Shown: positions 59,085 to 64,000 of the stretch, piece after piece
Layout of the letters: each line of letters opens with the position of its first letter
Position numbering within the stretch: position 1 is the first letter of the stretch
From: Eledone cirrhosa
Taxonomy: Eukaryota
Length of the DNA: 64,000 bases
NCBI GenBank assembly: GCA_964016885.1
Contig: OZ024741.1
Span: forward strand, 143,220,001 to 143,284,000
Reading direction: 5' to 3'
The notes under the pieces: generated by a model
Told to the model about the DNA's origin: nothing
Database searches by the model: none
Seen by the model: the letters and a program-made list of their open reading frames with translations, nothing else
Position numbers and translations under genes: made by a program

Positions 59085-59385
59085 AAGAGTGGCTATAGGT
59101 GTGACTCCAGAGACCCACACTAAGCATGTGGCTGTAGGTGAAGGGGATTAGCTAAATGGGAGTAACTAGAGGGACCTACACTAAGCATGTGGCCGTAGGT
59201 GAAGGGGTGTAGCTAAATGGGAGTAACTAGAGGGACCTACACTAAGCATGTGGCCGTAGGTGATGGGGCGTAGCTAAATGGGAGTAACTAGAGGGACCCA
59301 CACTAACCATGTGGCTGTGGGTGGATGAAAGTGGCTAAGTGGGTGTAGCTATATGGACCCACATTAACCATGTGGCTCTAGGCTG
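59085..59385. repeat. 61-bp minisatellite, about 5 copies
   Basis: CACTAAGCATGTGG-type motif recurs at 59118, 59179, 59240, 59301 and 59362. Confidence 0.9.
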
Positions 59386-59544
59386 CCAGTAAGAACAGGA
59401 AGAAGGAACTTACCTTTGTTGTGTCAGAGTAATCCTGAGTTATATATGTGCAGTCCCAAATCCCCCTATGTTTTCAACCATATTTCAGAGATCTGCTCTT
59501 GTTATGTTATTGTTTTATACTGTTGTTATTATTTATAGTTATTG

Positions 59545-59770
59545 AGGGCAGTAAATTGGCAGAATCGGTAGAGTGTTGGACATCATGCTTTGTGGCATAG
59601 ATTTACGGCCCTTTACGTTCTGAGTTCAAATCCCACCGAGGTTAGCTTTGCCTTTCATCCTTATGGGGATCGATAAAATAAAGTACCAGTAACAAACTGG
59701 AAGCGATTTAATTGACTTTCTCCCTCCCTCAAGTTACTGGCCTTATGCCTAAATAAGAAACCATTATTTA
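59545..59770 (+). mobile_element. tRNA-derived SINE, full length
   Basis: GGCAGTAAATTGGCAGAATCGGTAG head, GAGTTCAAATCC B-box, core and (TTTA)n tail. Confidence 0.88.
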
Positions 59771-59929
59771 TTTATTTATTTATTTATTTATTACTGTGTA
59801 GTTACTGATATTCTTAATTTCACCCTTTACCACCTTGTAACCCATCAGTACCACCAACACCCCACACTTTTCTTGTTTATTTTTCTGTTTTGCTTTTTTA
59901 CTTTGGGCCTTTGAGCAGAATAAAAGAAA

Positions 59930-60195
59930 TTATCATCATAAGTGTTGTTGTCATTGTGGTTGTTGTTGTTGTTATTGTTGTTGTCATTGTCATTATTACC
60001 TTTATTATTGTCATCATCATCGTTGTTGTTGTTGTTGTTATTGTTGTCACTGTCATTGTTGTTGTTGTCACCATCATCATGGTTATCATCAGTGTTGTTG
60101 TTTTTGTTGTTGTTGTTGATGTCATTGTTGCCATTGTTATTGTTGTTGTTGTCACCATCAACATCGTTATCATCAGTTTTGTTGTCATTGATGTT
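59930..60195. repeat. Degenerate (GTT/GTC/ATT/ATC) trinucleotide tract
   Basis: Directly visible. Confidence 0.9.
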
Positions 60196-60307
60196 TAGTT
60201 AATGATCAATAGTTTTGAGATCAGCCAGTAAATATTCAATTGAACAAGCTGCAATATAATTCAATACTTTCAAGTTTTACAATTTTATTTTGTTCCATAT
60301 TTTATCA

Positions 60308-61000
60308 GTGTATACTGATTAATGTTCAGAGCCATCTTCAGCATTCTCGTGTAGCACCCATCCATCATCTGAGTGAGTTCTTGGTCAGTGTCCAAGTCTC
60401 AGATCTGTACAGTAGCACAGACTCCACTGTAGCAATGAAGAGATGGATCTTCAGGTCTTTACAAATGTCCGACTTCCACACCAATCTCAAACTGTGACAT
60501 GTCATCCAGGCTTTGCTCTTCCTCTCAACCACATCATCCTCTGTGTTCCTGATCTTTGCACCCAGATATAGGAAGTCCTCAACCAACTCTAGCGGCTTCC
60601 CGTCTACATTCATAATCTTCTCTGGCTTCTTGATGGTGGATGGGTGCTACACAAGAATGCTGAAGATGGCTCTGAACATTAATCAGTATACACTGAGGAT
60701 GAAGAACTCACAGCTGTATGGGAGCCTCCCAAAAGTCAGCTTGAAAGTAACACAGAGGAGACTGAGGTTAGCTAGACATGCTCACTGACATTCAGAGTTG
60801 ACACTGCACTCAGTGCTCCTGTGGGAGCCCCTACACGGACATTATAGAAGAGGGAGACCGAGGTTGATATATATTGATGCCCTAAGGACAAACAATGGTC
60901 TCTGGGAGATGCAGGACATGGTAGGGATGATGAGGGACAGAGACCGCTGGAGAGAACTCGTCCATGGATCTCGTGAATTTTACCTGCCCTTGATAGATAG
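60308..61000. mobile_element. 5'-inverted, truncated RTE-group LINE insertion
   Basis: Minus part VEDFLYLG...ESVLLY.SETWTL. Plus part DGCYTRML...RRLRLA..H...RGRP. TSD ATATTTTATCA. Confidence 0.85.
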
Positions 61001-61019
61001 ATATTTTATCACCTTTATT

Positions 61020-61510
61020 ATTTCTTCTTCTTCTTCTTCTTCTTCTTCTTCTTCTTCCTACTACTACTACTACTACTACTACTCTTCCTCCTCCTCCCAC
61101 TTATTCCTTGGAGAGTCATAGAGACAGAGCCCTCAAGGACACCTTCTAGCAAGTCCTGCCAGAAGCAACCATCTCCAATTAATCCAGCTATCACCAATCA
61201 AGACCATCCGAGCTCATGGATGTTATCCAACCATCTTGCTTTCAATTTTACCTGTAAAATCTGTCCTGTGATTCTTTCCTAAACGATAACAACAATGACG
61301 ACGACGATGATGATGATAATGATAATATATGTATAATATATTATATACATATAGTCTTTCCTGAAACATTCTAACCACATGCCTGTAATATCAGAGCTGT
61401 GATCTCTCAATTTGGAGAAGTAGTGACTCTTTGATCTCTAAGCTACGCACTCTATTGAGTATCATTATTCCAAAGACTCTTCGGAAGAACCCCATTTTGG
61501 CTGCTTGTAT
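61020..61510 (-). mobile_element. Composite RTE-derived retroposon, sister of 19284-19700
   Basis: Shares the body and the same internal (GAT)n/(TA)n insert. Confidence 0.78.
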
Positions 61511-61876
61511 TTGTGATTATATTCTTTTGGCCATTACCAAAGATTCATGACCAAAGGTAGGGGTTAGCACAAATACCGAATTGAAGATAACATATTTGGT
61601 TTTTACACCTACCTCTCTTTTTCTGATGACTAAATGCTGGTGCGTTACTGCACCAGCTCCTGCAATTGTTGAACTTAATTCTCACATATTGTTGATTATT
61701 ATAGCTTAAGGAGCAATGAAATGAATTGACTTGCTGTTGTTGTGTGTATGTGTGTGTGTGTGTGTGCATGCATGTTTGTGTATACGTGTGTGTGTGTGCC
61801 AACGGATATCGATATCAGCAACCTCTGCCATGCAACCCATCCAACCCATAACAACATGGAAAATGGATGTAAAAGG

Positions 61877-62238
61877 ATGATGATGACAGTGGTGGTGATG
61901 GTGGTGGTGGTGATGATGGTGATGATGATAATTGGGGTAATGATGGGAATGTTGGTGGTGGGGGTGATGGTGCTGATGGTGATGATAATTATCATGATGA
62001 TGAGTATCACTTAATGGGAACTAGGAGTGGAGATAAAGGTAGCATGGAAGAAAAACCCCATCACCACCACCACCACCACCATCATCATCATCGTCATCAC
62101 CTAAATCATCAGCACCTCCCACCACCACCATCATCATCAACAACATCATCTTCATACATCACATTACCACCACTCCATCACCACCACCACCACCACTGCC
62201 ACCATCACATATCACCATCACCACCACCACTATCACCA
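61877..62238. repeat. (GAT/GGT)n tract followed by a (CAC/CAT)n tract
   Basis: About 61877-62005 and about 62058-62238. Confidence 0.9.
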
Positions 62239-62318
62239 ATCTACAAACACCTTGCTGTCCAAGGTGTTATATTTTATTTTTAATTTTCTCTCTTTCATTC
62301 CATCATGTGATGATTCAG

Positions 62319-62492
62319 ATGTTGTTCGCACTGGAAAATACCGGTGCCTTTTTGATCCAACTACCCTTCTATCTGGAAAAGAAGACGCTGCCAACAATTT
62401 TGCTCGTGGTTATTATGGGGTTGGTCGAGAAGCTTTAGAAACTGCTGTTGAACGAATAGAAGGACTTGCTGAAGACTGTGATTCTTTACAAG
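62319..62492 (+). CDS. Divergent alpha-tubulin, exon encoding residues 76-134 (gene continues past the window)
   Basis: ttcag|AT GTT GTT CGC = DVVRTGKYRCLFDPTTLLSGKEDAANNFARGYY...DCDSLQG, with the alpha-type GKEDAANN-x-ARG motif. Donor GTATCT. 174 nt, phase 1 to 1. Confidence 0.92.
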
Positions 62493-62539
62493 GTATCTGT
62501 TGATAATTCTAACTATATTACTATTGGTTATATTTGTGG

Positions 62540-63000
62540 ATTGACAGAGTTGCTGGAGCATTGGACAAAAGCTTAGCAGTATTTGTTCCAGCTCCTTATG
62601 TTCTGAGTTCAAATCCTGACAAGGTCAGCCTTTCTTTTCATTCTTTTGGGGGTTGATAAAATAAAGTGGCAGTTAAATATTGGGATTTTAAAAAAATCAA
62701 CTTTCCCCTCACCACAAATTGCTGTCCTTGCGCCTGGAGTAGAAATAATTTATTACCCTTGTGGACGCAGCATAGCAAAACATTTTAAAAGTTCCTTTCA
62801 TAATAGGAAGGTCCTGAGTTTGATTCTGCTGTATGTCATCTTTTACCATCACCCCAGGTTGACCCAAATCTTGTGAGTAAAATTGGGTAGACAGAAACTG
62901 TTTGGAAGCCTGTCTAATAGATTATATCTGTAATTTAAAGGTCCAGGTTTGGCAAACACTGTGTCATGCTGATTCTGTTCACTACAAGGATACCTTACAA
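62540..63000 (+). mobile_element. Two decayed SINEs of different families
   Basis: First has the CTTTTCATTC...GATAAAATAAAG core. Second has a tRNA-like head plus GTGAGTAAAATTGGGTAGACAGAAACTG, as at about 42310-42470. Confidence 0.65.
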
Positions 63001-63339
63001 TGTACATGTTACTATGAAATACTCAGCTATTTCCAATATAATTTAATGAGTTGGTAAATCCAGTTGATTGTTCAGCATTAAAATTAATGGAGATCTATCT
63101 TTTAGATTATGTACATTATGTAATGGAGATTTATCTTTTACATTATGTATTATCTTTTATATAATGATATAATCCTAGAGAATCAATTGGGAGTGTACAG
63201 CAAACCTACCAGGATTGAAAAAAATACCCAGAAATTATTATTCCCATTTTTTGCTTTCATTTATATCTTATTTCAGTTACAGTAATAACAGTGTGTATTT
63301 TATGTATGTGTTTATATGTGTGACATCTGAATGAGTATC

Positions 63340-63930
63340 CTCAACCTCCAACTAACTTACTCTCCACCTCTTGGTCCCAACCACAGGATGGAGAATACAT
63401 AGCCCTGGAGGACGGCAAGGGAGATGTGCTGGAACAACCATTCCACCTCGCAGGGCTCACACCTACAGGCAGTAAACTCCACTCTGATAGCAGTGAGCTG
63501 AGATGTGGTCCGGGGGCCAAGAACACCAGAAGTCTCCACAGCTACAGGCTCTACTTAAAACCTATCAGAGAGTGGCTGATACTTGGACAAAAACCATCAG
63601 CAAGAGTGGCTTGAGGTGAGATATTGTACTCCATTCCAGTTCATCAAAGCAGCTGATTTTGATTGAACACACTGTGCTATTTGAAAGTAGAAGAGAAGAA
63701 ACCCATGTCATAATGATTGAGAAATATGTCAGTTTGTCCAACAGTCTGAAGGAAGCCAATTTCTGGGTCAAAGTTCTTACTATAGAAGTTTTCAGTGGGT
63801 TTTTAGGAAAATTTGCCTAAACTTCATAAAACAGCTCTCAATCTCTGGGAAGTATAGAATTAAAGCATTAAATCTAATAGTAGAAACACCAGAGAGGAGT
63901 TCCAACTGGATCTGATCGAGGAGGAACAAA
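63340..63930 (+). mobile_element. Decayed Hero/NeSL/R2-like REL-endonuclease fragment
   Basis: LR*DIVLHSSSSKQLILIEHTVLFE...EKY...IEV matches the RPD...IELTVP.E...K..KY pattern. Confidence 0.6.
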
Positions 63931-64000
63931 AGCAATCCCTCTTCAGTTTAAGTGCATCACAAGTCTATGATATCCTAGTGGTTAAAAAGCATCAGGAGAA

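Noticed and set aside
59085-59385. Regularly spaced repeats resembling a CRISPR array (also 486-768)
   Set aside because: Whole units repeat with no unique spacers, there are no cas genes, and the context is eukaryotic intron-rich DNA.
59545-59640. tRNA-like A and B boxes
   Set aside because: Heads of multi-copy SINEs that continue into a shared core and tail. No complete cloverleaf.
59890-60202. Poly-Val, poly-Leu and poly-Thr ORFs that look like membrane or mucin proteins
   Set aside because: Translations of a trinucleotide tract, open in several frames and on both strands.
62014-62283. His/Pro-rich ORF
   Set aside because: Arises from a (CAC/CAT)n microsatellite inside the tubulin intron. 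The flanking exons join in phase without it.

Overview
AT-rich, repeat-dense eukaryotic DNA. The SINE, RTE-LINE and microsatellite landscape looks like an octopod cephalopod; this is inferred from repeat families I recognise and was not verified. Two host genes lie on the + strand. The first is a complete six-coding-exon inositol polyphosphate 1-phosphatase (INPP1; 7078-37155, 1143 nt, 380 aa, all splice phases consistent). The second is two exons of a strongly divergent alpha-tubulin (58394-58616, 62319-62492; first exon not located, remainder beyond the window). Most of the rest is transposon-derived: one ORF-intact RTE LINE with a C4HC3 PHD finger inside its RT, many decayed RTE copies, Tx1-, CR1-, R4- and Hero-like remnants, tRNA-derived SINEs, three non-autonomous Helitrons, and hAT- and piggyBac-like MITEs. 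The main hunt result is a set of small, often (TA)n-flanked or palindromic non-coding elements with hammerhead-ribozyme cores. One is near-intact on the minus strand (44524-44608) and faces a decayed plus-strand one. Other notable results are the tubulin's loss of R2, K40 and lateral-contact residues, and the PHD-in-RT LINE. All structures and alignments were read by eye, and repeat boundaries are approximate unless a TSD or terminal motif is quoted.
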